A stretch of 64,000 nt of DNA from contig JAJEIY010000046.1 in NCBI GenBank assembly GCA_022828085.1, positions 556-64,555 on the forward strand, written 5' to 3'. Under the pieces are notes generated by a model. It searched no databases. It was given only the letters and a program-made list of their open reading frames with translations, and was not told where the DNA came from. Positions 8,653 to 18,900 of the stretch are shown piece after piece. The translations under genes were made by a program, and so were the position numbers. The stretch is from Acidobacteriota bacterium (lineage in GTDB: Bacteria > Acidobacteriota > Vicinamibacteria > Marinacidobacterales > Marinacidobacteraceae). Numbering within the stretch: the stretch's first letter is position 1; the number at the start of each line of letters is the position of its first letter.

Positions 8653-11600
8653 GACACTTCCTTCTCGCGCGGTCCGTCCACCGGAAGCTCCACGACCAGC
8701 AGCAGGCCGGTCCGGCGGTCGGCGCGGGCGCGGGCGATGACTTTCCCGCCGTGCGCCTCGGTGAAGCGCCGGGCGTTCGCGAGCCCGAGCCCGGACCCCC
8801 GGGTCCTGGTGGAGAATGCCGCGTCGAAGATCCGCTCGCGGAGGCCTTTCGGGACGCCGGGGCCGTTGTCCTCCACTTCGATCCGGATCCATCGGCCGTG
8901 GCGAACGGGGAGCACCCGCACCGAGACCTCCGCCTCCTCCGGTGGAATCTCCGGGAAGTCGAGGGTCGCCTCGAGCGCGTTCTGCAGGAGGTTCTCGACG
9001 ATCCGCGCCACGATCTCGGGATCGACCCGCGCCACCGGGGTCGGTGCGCCCTGGAAGCGGACCCGGGGCCGTGCATGGGGTCGCCGATGCGGGCCGACGG
9101 TGTCCTCGACCAGCTTCGTCACGTCGGTTTCCTGGAGCCGAAGCGGGGCTCCGAGGGCGGAAAACTCCGACGAAATGCGCCGCAGGCGCTCGACCTGATC
9201 GAGGATTTCCGAGACCCCTTCGTCCACCGCCGCCTGCGGATCCCGGCCGCGGGGCTCCCGGAGCACCCGTCGGATGTAGTCCGCCGCGAGTCCGATCGGA
9301 GCGAGGGCGTTCTTGATGTCGTGGGCGACGCGTCTCGCCAGGTCGGCCGCGGCTTCCTCGCGCATCTGCCGGCGGACGTCGGGAATCCGCCGCACCAGCC
9401 GTTCCACGCTGGCCGCGAGCAGGCGTAGCTCGGTCAGCGTGCCGTGCACGGGAACCCGGGCCTGAAGATCGCCGTCGGCGATCCGGCCGGTCGCGCGCGC
9501 CAGGCCCCGGACCGGTGCAGCCAGGCGGCGCGCGACCAGCGCGGGCAGCACGATGGCGAAGATCAGCGCCAGCGACCCGCTACCCAGAATGAGAGTCCGC
9601 TGGATGGCCCGGACGCTCTCGAGGCGGGCGGCCTCGTCCGCCGGCAACGGAACCGCGAGAAGCAGGGGACCGTGCAGCCGGGCGGGGGTGTCCAGGTGGA
9701 TCCAGACGATCCGATACCGGAGCGAGCCGGCGTCCTGGATGCTCAGGAAGGGATCGGGGGAGGTGGAGGGCAGGATCGCCGCGGGTGGGGGGCGCGGCGG
9801 GAGGAGCCCCGTCTGCGCCAGTTCGGGACGGCTGACCGCGACCAGCTCCCCGCCGTTGTAGAGCGCGGCATCCGTATCGAGCTGGTCCGCCGCCTGGGCG
9901 AGCCGCAGGGCGAGTTCGTCCCGCGGAATCAGCGGATCGAGGGCCGCGAGTTCCTGCGCCACGCGCCGCACGGAGAACGATCGGGAGATGGCCGCCCGGT
10001 CGCTGGCGGACTCGAGCAGGACGCCCAGACGCTGCTGCGCGAAGATCGCGACGCCCAGAATGGCGATGAGGACGGCGGCGGCCAGCGCTTCCGTCAACTG
10101 CATCTGGAAACTCCGTCTCCGAAGACGGCCCTCCCGATGCGGGAAGAGGAGGCGGGCGCGCGCGGCGACGGCCACCAGCAAGGCGATCAGGGCGGCCAGG
10201 AAACCCCAGCCGAGCAGTGCGCCGGCGTGGTCGGCGAGTCCCGTCCGCCGCCAGGAGATCACGAACGGCTCGCCATGCACCAGGACGCCCACCTCCACCG
10301 GCCCTTCGTCACGTTCCACGGGAAGGGAGGCCCGGTGGCTGAGCCGGAGGCCTCTACCGCGAAACACGGCGGGGGCGGCGTCTCCGCGGAGCAGAAAGTG
10401 ATCTCCGATCCCCGCCGCCCGGGGCAGGAAGGGAATCTCCGACGTGCGGTCGGCAACCCGCAGGGTCACGCCTGCCCCGGAGGGGAATTGGCGTTCGGTT
10501 TCGAGAACCGCCTCGATGCCGGACGCCGCCGCGCACTCGGGAATGGGACTCCAGCGAGGGGGTGAGGGAGCGGAGGACGGTGGATCGGGCCGGCGCGGCA
10601 GACCCACGCCGAACCGGGAGCGCCCACCACCCGGTCCCCGGACCTCCAGGGCGCTCGCAACCGTCAAACGGGGGAGCCCGGTCGAAAGCCACAGCCGGTA
10701 GGCGCTGTCCGGACGAAGGCGCGCCAGGGAAGCGGCTTCACTGTCGAGCGTGCGCGTCGCCTCCTCCAGCGCGTGGCACACGGCGAAGCGATGCCGGAGC
10801 GCCTGGACCGGCGCCGCATCCAGTGCATAGCGCTGGCGGACGCTGTCCTCGTGCCATGCCATCGCCGGGTAGAGAAGGACCGGAGGCACCGCGAAGAGCA
10901 GGAAGGCCACGAGGAAAGAGAAACCCGGTTCATGGGCGAGCAGCGGTTGCCGGAGGTGCCGCAGGGACAGCCGTCCGCGGCGCCAGAAGGCCACTACCGC
11001 GCCGGCCAGCAGGGGAAGCCCGGCGAACAGGAGGGAACCTCCGGGCAGAAACGCGGCCGAAACGGCAACGACCGCGGCGGCGGCCACCAGCACCGGCACT
11101 TCCGGCCGGAGGAGGCTCTGGAGGACGAGGAGGAGTCCCGCGAGTACGAGAAGAAGGGCCGCCCAACCGAGGACTTCCGGCCAGCGGGTGTGGAGATCCC
11201 AGGTTGGGGTCAGCGGCGCGCCGCCCGAAAACCCGGCACTCTGGACGAGCGCGGCGGCCACGACCGCCGCCCCGCCGGCGCCGAGGCCGCGCAGCAGGGC
11301 GTGGATCGCTCCGGGCGTCCTGCTGCCGGAGCCGGGCCGGAGACGGATGGCGGCGATGCGCGCCGAAACCAGCACGGCCGCCGCGGTCACGACCGCCATG
11401 AGCGGTGAGTCGCCCAGCACCGGCAGGAGGGGCGTGTCCGCGAGGAAAGCCGGAAGCGCGGCGCCGGGACCCGACGGGAGGGTTCCGAGCAGCGCGGACA
11501 GAGCGAATCGCAGCGTCCAGATCGCCACCAGCGTGCCGAGGTCGCCGAAGCGCCGGAGATAGGGGAGAGCGACGAGGATTCCGAGCAGGAGAGTCAGGGT

Positions 11601-12593
11601 TGCGTAAAGAGCCGCTTCGGCTTCCCGTTCCGCGCGGCGTGCGGCGGCCGGGGCCACGGCGGTGCTGGCGGCGCCGAGCAACTGACCGTCGTATGCCCGG
11701 AGGGCGAAGTAGTAGCGCTGCGCATCGCCGGCGCCGTCCACGAAACGATCGCCGCGGCGCTCGAAGAGCTGCGCCAGAGCCTCCAGGTCCGCCGCGCCGT
11801 CCAGAAACTGCGTCTCGAGCCCCCGTCCGGCGGCGAGCTCGAGCGCCGAGCGCGGCGCGGCGCCCGAGGAGGGAGGTGATGCCTCCCGGACGGGAACCTC
11901 GACGGTGACCACCCCGAGCAGGTTCCGGGTACATTCGGCGGCGGCCAGGTAGTCGCGCCGGCCGCCCTCGCTGTACACGAAGAGCGGAAACGCCGGGTCG
12001 GGGCAGTGCTCTTCCCGGACCCCGTCGGGAAACACCCCGGAGAGGGCCTCTTCGAAGTCCGGATTGCCTCCCGACCACGCCAGCGGGCGCAACTGCCGGT
12101 CGTAGAGGGTCGCGCCGCCTTCGCCGATACCGGTGCCGGGAAGCGGCCACTCGGACAGGGCGCGGAAGGCGCGGGACTCCGTGCCGCCCGCATCCGAGCC
12201 TTCGAGCGCGGCGGCCACCGGCGCCGTCCGCGCGACCAGGTAGGCGGCATCCCCGACCTCCCGGGTCAGGTCGGCGAGAAAAGTGTCCACCCGATCCGCC
12301 GCCCGGGAAGCCGACTCCGGCCCCGCGGTGATCGTCCGGCCGAGCGGGATGCGGCAGGAGAGCGCCACCAGAGCCGCTGCGGCCAGAATCAGGGCGATCT
12401 GCCGGCTGCCGGAAGGCAGCAGGTCACGCCGGAACAGGACGAGGAGGAGCAGCAGCGCGGTGGCCGCCGTCAGCGCGGCGTGGACGGCGGCCGGGAAGAT
12501 GGCGAACCGGTTCGCGGCGTCGGCAAGTCCGGCCGCGAAGACGGCGAACGCGCCCCCGACCATGAGGAGGGGTGGCAGACGATCGCTCTTCAT
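8649..12593 (-). CDS. sensor histidine kinase with ~14 TM helices, several extracytoplasmic domains, HAMP, HisKA and HATPase_c
   Basis: C-terminus carries a HisKA H-box (VAHDIKNALAPI) and an ATPase (NGPGVPKGLRERIFDAAFSTRTRGSGLGLA). True start is MKSDRLPPLLMVGGAFAVFAAGLA (ATG at 12593). The 180-aa low-complexity extension in the tool ORF is antisense to the next gene. Confidence 0.75.
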   Translation of the reverse strand: MKSDRLPPLLMVGGAFAVFAAGLADAANRFAIFPAAVHAALTAATALLLLLVLFRRDLLPSGSRQIALILAAAALVALSCRIPLGRTITAGPESASRAADRVDTFLADLTREVGDAAYLVARTAPVAAALEGSDAGGTESRAFRALSEWPLPGTGIGEGGATLYDRQLRPLAWSGGNPDFEEALSGVFPDGVREEHCPDPAFPLFVYSEGGRRDYLAAAECTRNLLGVVTVEVPVREASPPSSGAAPRSALELAAGRGLETQFLDGAADLEALAQLFERRGDRFVDGAGDAQRYYFALRAYDGQLLGAASTAVAPAAARRAEREAEAALYATLTLLLGILVALPYLRRFGDLGTLVAIWTLRFALSALLGTLPSGPGAALPAFLADTPLLPVLGDSPLMAVVTAAAVLVSARIAAIRLRPGSGSRTPGAIHALLRGLGAGGAAVVAAALVQSAGFSGGAPLTPTWDLHTRWPEVLGWAALLLVLAGLLLVLQSLLRPEVPVLVAAAAVVAVSAAFLPGGSLLFAGLPLLAGAVVAFWRRGRLSLRHLRQPLLAHEPGFSFLVAFLLFAVPPVLLYPAMAWHEDSVRQRYALDAAPVQALRHRFAVCHALEEATRTLDSEAASLARLRPDSAYRLWLSTGLPRLTVASALEVRGPGGGRSRFGVGLPRRPDPPSSAPSPPRWSPIPECAAASGIEAVLETERQFPSGAGVTLRVADRTSEIPFLPRAAGIGDHFLLRGDAAPAVFRGRGLRLSHRASLPVERDEGPVEVGVLVHGEPFVISWRRTGLADHAGALLGWGFLAALIALLVAVAARARLLFPHREGRLRRRSFQMQLTEALAAAVLIAILGVAIFAQQRLGVLLESASDRAAISRSFSVRRVAQELAALDPLIPRDELALRLAQAADQLDTDAALYNGGELVAVSRPELAQTGLLPPRPPPAAILPSTSPDPFLSIQDAGSLRYRIVWIHLDTPARLHGPLLLAVPLPADEAARLESVRAIQRTLILGSGSLALIFAIVLPALVARRLAAPVRGLARATGRIADGDLQARVPVHGTLTELRLLAASVERLVRRIPDVRRQMREEAAADLARRVAHDIKNALAPIGLAADYIRRVLREPRGRDPQAAVDEGVSEILDQVERLRRISSEFSALGAPLRLQETDVTKLVEDTVGPHRRPHARPRVRFQGAPTPVARVDPEIVARIVENLLQNALEATLDFPEIPPEEAEVSVRVLPVRHGRWIRIEVEDNGPGVPKGLRERIFDAAFSTRTRGSGLGLANARRFTEAHGGKVIARARADRRTGLLLVVELPVDGPREKEVS

Positions 12594-12656
12594 GCCTCGG
12601 ATAGCCGGCTGTCGGCAGCCCGTGGATCGCCGCTCGCGGGGTTCACGGGGGTTTCG

Positions 12657-12670
12657 CCACAGGCTGCTAG
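12657..12670 (+). promoter_or_regulatory. conserved motif CCACAGGCTGCTAG, 11 nt upstream of the GTG start of the PQQ-propeller gene
   Basis: One of three identical 13-14-mers in the window (see 25987 and 45269). Confidence 0.5.
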
Positions 12671-12681
12671 GGTAAAGGTTC

Positions 12682-14199
12682 GTGCGGCCCTCAAGCGGGA
12701 AAACCGGGTTGGCGCGGCCCCTCGTCTGCACCGCGGCGTGTCTCGCGGCGTTGTCGCTTCCGGGCGCGGGCGCGGCGCTGACGCGAGAACCGCCTCCGGG
12801 GGTCCGCTCGGCCTCCACGGATCCTCGGCAACCCCCCGAGCAACCGCCACCACGGCCTCCTGAGGAACCGCCGGGCGAAGAAGACGCGCCGCAACCGCCG
12901 GACACGCCGGCAGGAGAGGTCTCCGCCGGGAATCCGGCCACGGACGAGGCCTCCGCCGGGGAGACCGGCGGTGAGGCGGGGGAAGGTGAACCCGGCGAGA
13001 CGGAGGGCGGGGAACCCGAGGACGAGGGAGAGGGGCCGGCGCGCCGGGCGCCGGAGGTCGTTACCGCGCCGGTGGGAATCCTTCCCGGCCGCCTGGTGGC
13101 CACCCCCGCTCCCGTTCCCGGAGGGTCGGTCATCGGGATGGTCCTGGCAGGCGACGGATTCCTCCTCCAGACGGCCGGCGGTGACGTCGTCGCCTACGAG
13201 CCGGACGGCGAACGGACCCGGTGGGGCGTGCCGGGGGCCGGCGCGGCTTTCGTCGCGGAGGACGCGGGTACCGTGATCCTGCTGGGCGAGAACGGCGACG
13301 TGGTGCTGCGGCAGCTCGCCGACGGGGCCCGGACGGGAGGATTCTCCACCGGCTTCGCGCCCGATCGGGGGGTCCTGGCCGGGACGGTGCGCCGTCCGGC
13401 GCCTGCCGCGCTGGCGGCCGGCGTCCTCTACTGGGTCTCGTCCGGAACGCTCCGGGGATACCGGATTCCGGGGGGGAGCCCGGTGCTCCAGACGACGCTC
13501 CCGGACGGAGAAGCGGCCAGCCTCGTCGCGGTGCCGGCTCCCGCGGATTCCGCCGCGGACGTTCCGCCGCTTCTCCTGGTCTCGCTCGGCAGCGGTGGCG
13601 TGGCCGCGGTGGCGGCGTCCCGGGGAACGACTTCCGGCACGGTCCGCTGGCAGGCGGCGGGAGCCGGTCCGGTGACCGGTCCGGTCCTGCCGTTTCCGGC
13701 GGAACGGCTGGCGTTCTTCGGAGACGAGGGCGGCGACCTCACCGCGGTCGATCTGGAATCCGGCCGGGAGCGTTGGCGGTGGGAGCTCGCGGAGGGATTC
13801 CACCACCAGCCGCTCCTGAGCCGGGGGCGGCTCTACGCGGCCACCAAGGCGAACAGCCTCTATTGCTTCGACGCCAAACGGGGGGGCGAGCGCTGGCGCG
13901 CGGCGCTTCCGGGCCGGCCGGCCGCGGCCCCGCTGCGCATCGCCGGCGCGATCCTGGTCGTCACCCGGGACGGACTGCTCGTGGAAGTGAACGCGGAGAC
14001 CGGCGCGCGGATCGGGCGGGCTCGCGATCTCGATGCCGAGGTTTCTGGAGTGGTGCGCCGGTTGGGCGACGGCGCCCGGGAGGAGGGATGGCGGGACCGC
14101 CGACTGTTCCTGGGGCTCCGCGACGGACGGCTGGCCGTCTTCGGCCCCCGGATCGGTGGCGAGGACCCGCGTCCGGAGCCGTCCGGCGAGGGCGGTTGA
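12682..14199 (+). CDS. PQQ-like beta-propeller repeat protein (BamB-like), secreted, with an acidic Pro/Glu-rich linker
   Basis: Signal peptide, then a PE-rich low-complexity region, then repeated WGVPGAG.., LYWVSSGTLRGY, WRWEL..., LYAATKANSLYCFDAKRGGERW motifs. GTG start. Confidence 0.7.
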   Translation: MRPSSGKTGLARPLVCTAACLAALSLPGAGAALTREPPPGVRSASTDPRQPPEQPPPRPPEEPPGEEDAPQPPDTPAGEVSAGNPATDEASAGETGGEAGEGEPGETEGGEPEDEGEGPARRAPEVVTAPVGILPGRLVATPAPVPGGSVIGMVLAGDGFLLQTAGGDVVAYEPDGERTRWGVPGAGAAFVAEDAGTVILLGENGDVVLRQLADGARTGGFSTGFAPDRGVLAGTVRRPAPAALAAGVLYWVSSGTLRGYRIPGGSPVLQTTLPDGEAASLVAVPAPADSAADVPPLLLVSLGSGGVAAVAASRGTTSGTVRWQAAGAGPVTGPVLPFPAERLAFFGDEGGDLTAVDLESGRERWRWELAEGFHHQPLLSRGRLYAATKANSLYCFDAKRGGERWRAALPGRPAAAPLRIAGAILVVTRDGLLVEVNAETGARIGRARDLDAEVSGVVRRLGDGAREEGWRDRRLFLGLRDGRLAVFGPRIGGEDPRPEPSGEGG

Positions 14200-14391
14200 C
14201 CTCTCGTCCGGGAGCCGGGGGCAGAGCGGCGGTGACCGCTCGCGCACCGTGGCGCCGCACCGGATTCGGCGCCGGAAGGCAGGTCCACGAGCGCGTCGCC
14301 GCGCTTACAATTCGGCTCGGATGGCGCGACCCGTTCTGCGACCCGGAGAAGGGTTGACAACCGCCCGCCCGGACCGGGGCGGCTGTCCCTG

Positions 14392-15933
14392 ATGGGCTCC
14401 GCGGAGTCTCTCCTCGTCCTTGATTTCGGCTCGCAGTACACGCAGCTGATCGCCCGGCGGCTCCGCGAGCTGGGGGTGTACTGCGAGATCCTGCCCTGCA
14501 CGACGCCCGACGGGGAGATCTGGGGACGCGATCCCATCGGCGTGGTTCTCTCCGGAGGGCCCGAAAGCGTCTATGGGGACGGCGCCCCGGCGGCTCCGGA
14601 CGGCGTGCTCGCGCCGCCGGTTCCGGTGCTCGGAGTCTGCTACGGAATGCAGCTCCTGGCGCGCGAGAGCGGTGGGGACGTGCGCCCGGCGCCGCGCCGC
14701 TCGTACGGTCCGGCGGACCTCGAACACAACGGGAACGGACGGCTCTTTTCCGGGGTGCCGGAGCGGTTTCGCGCCTGGGCGAGCCACGGAGATCTCGTCC
14801 ACGCCCTCCCCGAGGGATTCCGCCGCACCGCCCGGACCGGGCAGGCGCGGATCGCCGCGTTCGAGAACCCCGGCCGGCGGCTCTACGGGGTGCAGTTCCA
14901 TCCGGAGGTCGTGCACACCGAGCACGGCGCCGACATCCTGAGGAACTTCGCTTTCGAGGTCTGCGGAGCCCGGGGCGGCTGGACACCCCGCTCGCACGCG
15001 GAACGGACGATCGCCGCCATCCGGGCCCAGGTGGGCGAGGGGCAGGTGGTCTGCGGAGCCTCGGGCGGGGTGGACTCGACGGTCACCGCCATGCTGGTCC
15101 ACCGGGCGATCGGAGACCGCCTGCACTGCATCTTCGTGGACAACGGGGTGCTTCGGAAAGACGAGGCCCGCCGGGTCCGAGCCTCTTTCGAGGAGGGTCT
15201 GGGGATCCCGCTCCAGGTCGTGGACGCGACGGAGCGTTTTCTCACCCGGCTGAAGGGGGTGCGCAGTCCCGAACGGAAACGGAAGATCATCGGACGCGAG
15301 TTCATACGGGTCTTCGAGGAAGCGTCCCGGGACATCCCGGACGTGCGCTTCCTGGCGCAGGGAACGCTCTATCCCGACGTCATCGAGAGCGTCTCGGTGA
15401 AGGGGCCTTCGGCCGTGATCAAGAGCCACCACAACGTGGGCGGCTTGCCGAAGCGCATGCGGCTGAAGCTCATCGAACCGCTTCGCGAACTCTTCAAGGA
15501 CGAGGTCCGGGTCCTGGGACGGCAGCTGGGGGCGCCGGAAGGACTCGTGAACCGACATCCCTTCCCGGGTCCCGGACTGGCCGTCCGGATGCTGGGCGCC
15601 GTCGAGGAATCCGGCCTCGACGTCCTGCGCGAGGCGGACGCGATCCTCGAGGAGGAAATCCGGTCCGCCGGCTGTTACGACGACATCTGGCAGGCGTTCG
15701 TGGTGCTCCTGCCGCTGCGCACGGTGGGCGTCATGGGAGACGCCCGGACGTATGAGCGGGTGGCGGTCATCCGGGCGGTGGAGAGCCGCGACGGGATGAC
15801 CGCGGACTGGGCCTCCTTGCCCCACGAACTGCTGGCGCGGGTGTCGAACCGGATTACCGGGGAAGTGCGGGGGGTGAACCGGGTGGTTCTCGACATCACC
15901 TCCAAGCCCCCCGGCACGATCGAGTGGGAGTGA
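14392..15933 (+). CDS. guaA: GMP synthase (glutamine-hydrolyzing)
   Basis: GATase1 (LVLDFGSQYTQLIARRLRELGVYCEI, GVCYGMQL) plus ATP-PPase SGGVDSTV and a C-terminal dimerisation domain. Confidence 0.9.
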   Translation: MGSAESLLVLDFGSQYTQLIARRLRELGVYCEILPCTTPDGEIWGRDPIGVVLSGGPESVYGDGAPAAPDGVLAPPVPVLGVCYGMQLLARESGGDVRPAPRRSYGPADLEHNGNGRLFSGVPERFRAWASHGDLVHALPEGFRRTARTGQARIAAFENPGRRLYGVQFHPEVVHTEHGADILRNFAFEVCGARGGWTPRSHAERTIAAIRAQVGEGQVVCGASGGVDSTVTAMLVHRAIGDRLHCIFVDNGVLRKDEARRVRASFEEGLGIPLQVVDATERFLTRLKGVRSPERKRKIIGREFIRVFEEASRDIPDVRFLAQGTLYPDVIESVSVKGPSAVIKSHHNVGGLPKRMRLKLIEPLRELFKDEVRVLGRQLGAPEGLVNRHPFPGPGLAVRMLGAVEESGLDVLREADAILEEEIRSAGCYDDIWQAFVVLLPLRTVGVMGDARTYERVAVIRAVESRDGMTADWASLPHELLARVSNRITGEVRGVNRVVLDITSKPPGTIEWE

Positions 15934-15940
15934 GGCTCCC

Positions 15941-18900
15941 GTGAGCGGCGCCGCTTCCGGGGCCGGGGGAACCCGTCCCTTCGTGCATCTCCACACCCAC
16001 ACCGAGTACTCGCTGCTCGACGGCATGAGCCGGCTCTCCGACGTCGTCGGGCGGGCCGCGCGCGAGGGGATGCCGGCGGTGGCGATCACGGACCACGGAA
16101 ACCTCATCGGCGCCCTCAAGTTCCACGAGGCGGCCCGGGAGGTTGGCGTGAAGCCCATCCTGGGGTGCGAGGCGTACGTCGCGCCCGGAAGCCGGCGCGA
16201 GCAGAACCCCGACTCGGAAAACCAGCATCTGGTCCTGCTCGCGAAGAACCGCACCGGTTTCCGCAACCTCATGCGGCTCAGTTCGATCGCCTACACCGAG
16301 GGGTTCTACTTCAAACCCCGGATGGACCTGGAGCTCCTGGCGGAACATCACGACGGGCTCATCGCCCTTTCGGCATGTCCCAAGGGGATCGTGCCCCGCG
16401 AGGTGATCACCGGGGGCGATCCCGTCGAGTGGGCCGGCCGCTACCAGGAGGTCTTCGGCAAGGACAACTACTACCTCGAGATCATGGACCACACCCCGCC
16501 GGGCGGGGCCACTCCGGAAGGCGCCCGGCTTTCCGATCTGGAGCAGCGGATCGGCGCCGGAGTGGTCGAGGTCGCCCGGAAGACCGGGATTCCGCTCGTG
16601 GGAACGAACGACTCGCACTATGCCTCGGCCGAGGATGCGGACGCTCACGACCTGCGCTTGTGCATCAGCACCAACCGGCCGGTCCGCGATCCCCGACGGC
16701 TGAAGTTCCATTCCGACCAGTTCTTCTTCAAGACGTCCGAAGAGATGAGAGCCGTCTTCGACGACTGCCCCGACGCCTACCGGAACACGCTCGAGATCGC
16801 GGAGCAGGTCGACGATTTCGAACTGCTCGACAGACGCAACCTGCTCCCGGATTTCGAAGTGCCGGCGGGGACGACGCTGGACGCGCATTTCGAGGAAAGC
16901 GCCCGTGGCGGTCTGGCCCGGCGCCTGGAATCACCTGAAGTGCACGGCGATCGGCCACCGCGCCAGGACTACGAAGACCGCCTCGCCATGGAGCTGGACG
17001 TGATCCGGCGAACCGGCTATTCCGCCTACTTTCTCATCGTCCAGGACTTCGTGCGTTTCGCCCAGGACTGCCACATCCCGGTGGGCCCGGGCCGGGGTTC
17101 GGCGGCCGGCAGCCTCGTCGCCTACGCCCTCGGGATCACCGACATCGACCCGCTCGCCCACGGGCTGCTGTTCGAGCGGTTCCTCAATTCGGAACGGATC
17201 AGTCCGCCCGACATCGACGTGGATTTCTGCGAGGTCCGGCGCGAGGAAGTACTCGACTACGTGACGGAAAACTACGGCAACGACCGGGTGGCCCAGATCA
17301 TGACGCTCGGGACCATGCAGGCCAGGCTGGTGGTCCGCGACGTGGGCCGGATGCTGGAGCTGCCGCCGCCACAGGTGGATCGTCTCGCGAAGCTGATCCC
17401 TGACGGCATGAGCCTCCCGCAGGCGCTCGAGAGCGTCCCGGAGCTTCGGGAAGCGCGCCGGAACCCGGAGTTCGACCGCCTCTTCGAACTCGCCGGCAGG
17501 CTGGAGGGATTGCCGCGCAGCATCGGAACCCACGCGGCCGGGGTGGTCATCGCCCCGGGGCCGCTCGAGGAGATCCTGCCGCTCTACCGCGACGTGGAGA
17601 CAAGGCGGCCGGGTTCCGGCAGAGCCTCGAAGGGGTCCGGCCAGGCGGTGACCGTTCGGCGCCGCACCCAGTGGGACATGAACGACTGCGAGGCCGCGGG
17701 GCTCTTCAAGATGGATTTCCTCGGGCTCCGGAACCTCACCCAGATCGAGGACTGCGCCCGCCGGGTGCAGGAAGACCCGAACACCTCCCGCACCGCCGGG
17801 GAGGTGGAGGCGCTCGCCCTCATCCGCGCCGGGCACTTCGAGAAGGTGCCGCCGGACCCCGAGACCTTCCGGCTGTTCGCACGGGCGGATACCGACGGGA
17901 TCTTCCAGTTCGAGAGTCCCGGGATGCGCGATCTGCTGGCCCGGTACGAACCCGAGAACCTGGACGATCTGGCGGCGATGAACGCGCTCTACCGGCCCGG
18001 CCCGCTCGAGAGCGGGATGGCGGACGACTTCGTGGCGGCGAAGAAGAAGGGCCGGCTTTCCGAGAAGCTGGATCCGCGGGTGCGCGAGCTCGTCCCGGAG
18101 ACGCGCGGGCTGATCGTCTATCAGGAGCAGGTCATGCTCGTGGCGCAGCAGCTCGCCGGTTTCTCGCTGAACCGGGCGGACGTGCTGCGGAAGGCCATGG
18201 GGAAGAAGGATCCCGAGAGGATGGCCAGGGAGGAGGGGGGCTTTGTCGAGGGCGCCGTGGCGGGAGGCCTTTCCCGTCAGGTTGCGCAGGAGACGTTCCA
18301 GCAGATCGCGAAGTTCGCGGGGTACGGATTCAACCGCTCCCACGCGGTCGGCTATGCGCTCGTCGCCTACGTCGCCGGTTGGCTCAAAACCCACTTCCCG
18401 CTGCACTTCCTCGCGTCGCTGCTGACCGCACAACATCGTGCGGGCGACAAGGACGAGCGGATCGCGCGGATTCGGCACGGCGCCGAGGCCGCCGGGATCC
18501 CGGTGCTGCCCCCGGACGTCCAGCGCAGCGGGGCGGAGGCCGTGGTGGAGGGGAGGGGCGTCCGCTACGGGCTCGAGGCGGTCAAGCAGGTCGGCAGCCG
18601 GGCGGCGCGGGAAATCGAACGGGCGCGGCGCGAGAGCGGCCGGTTCGAGTCGCTTCGCCATTTCCTTGAGGCGGTGGAGCCGAAGTCGCTCAACCGCGGC
18701 GTCGTGGAGGCGCTCTGCTGTGCCGGAGCGCTGGACTTTCTCGACGTGCCCCGCTCACAGATCCTCCCGGCGATCCCGGGGGCTCTCGAAGCCGCGCACC
18801 GGGTCCGCGGCCGGAAGGAGGCCGGCGTCCAATCGCTCTTCGGGGGCGGGTCCGAACCTCCCGTGGACGTCTTTCCGGAGGCGCCCTCGTGGAGCGATGC

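Noticed and set aside
12594-13133. 180-aa N-terminal extension of the histidine-kinase ORF (MTDPPGTGAG...SPASPPVSPAE...)
   Set aside because: Low-complexity composition, antisense to the start of the PQQ-propeller gene. The real kinase start with TM helices is the ATG at 12593.
14354-14380. TTGACA hexamer upstream of guaA as a sigma-70 promoter
   Set aside because: No plausible -10 hexamer at 16-19 bp spacing (GC-only sequence follows). A single hexamer is expected by chance.
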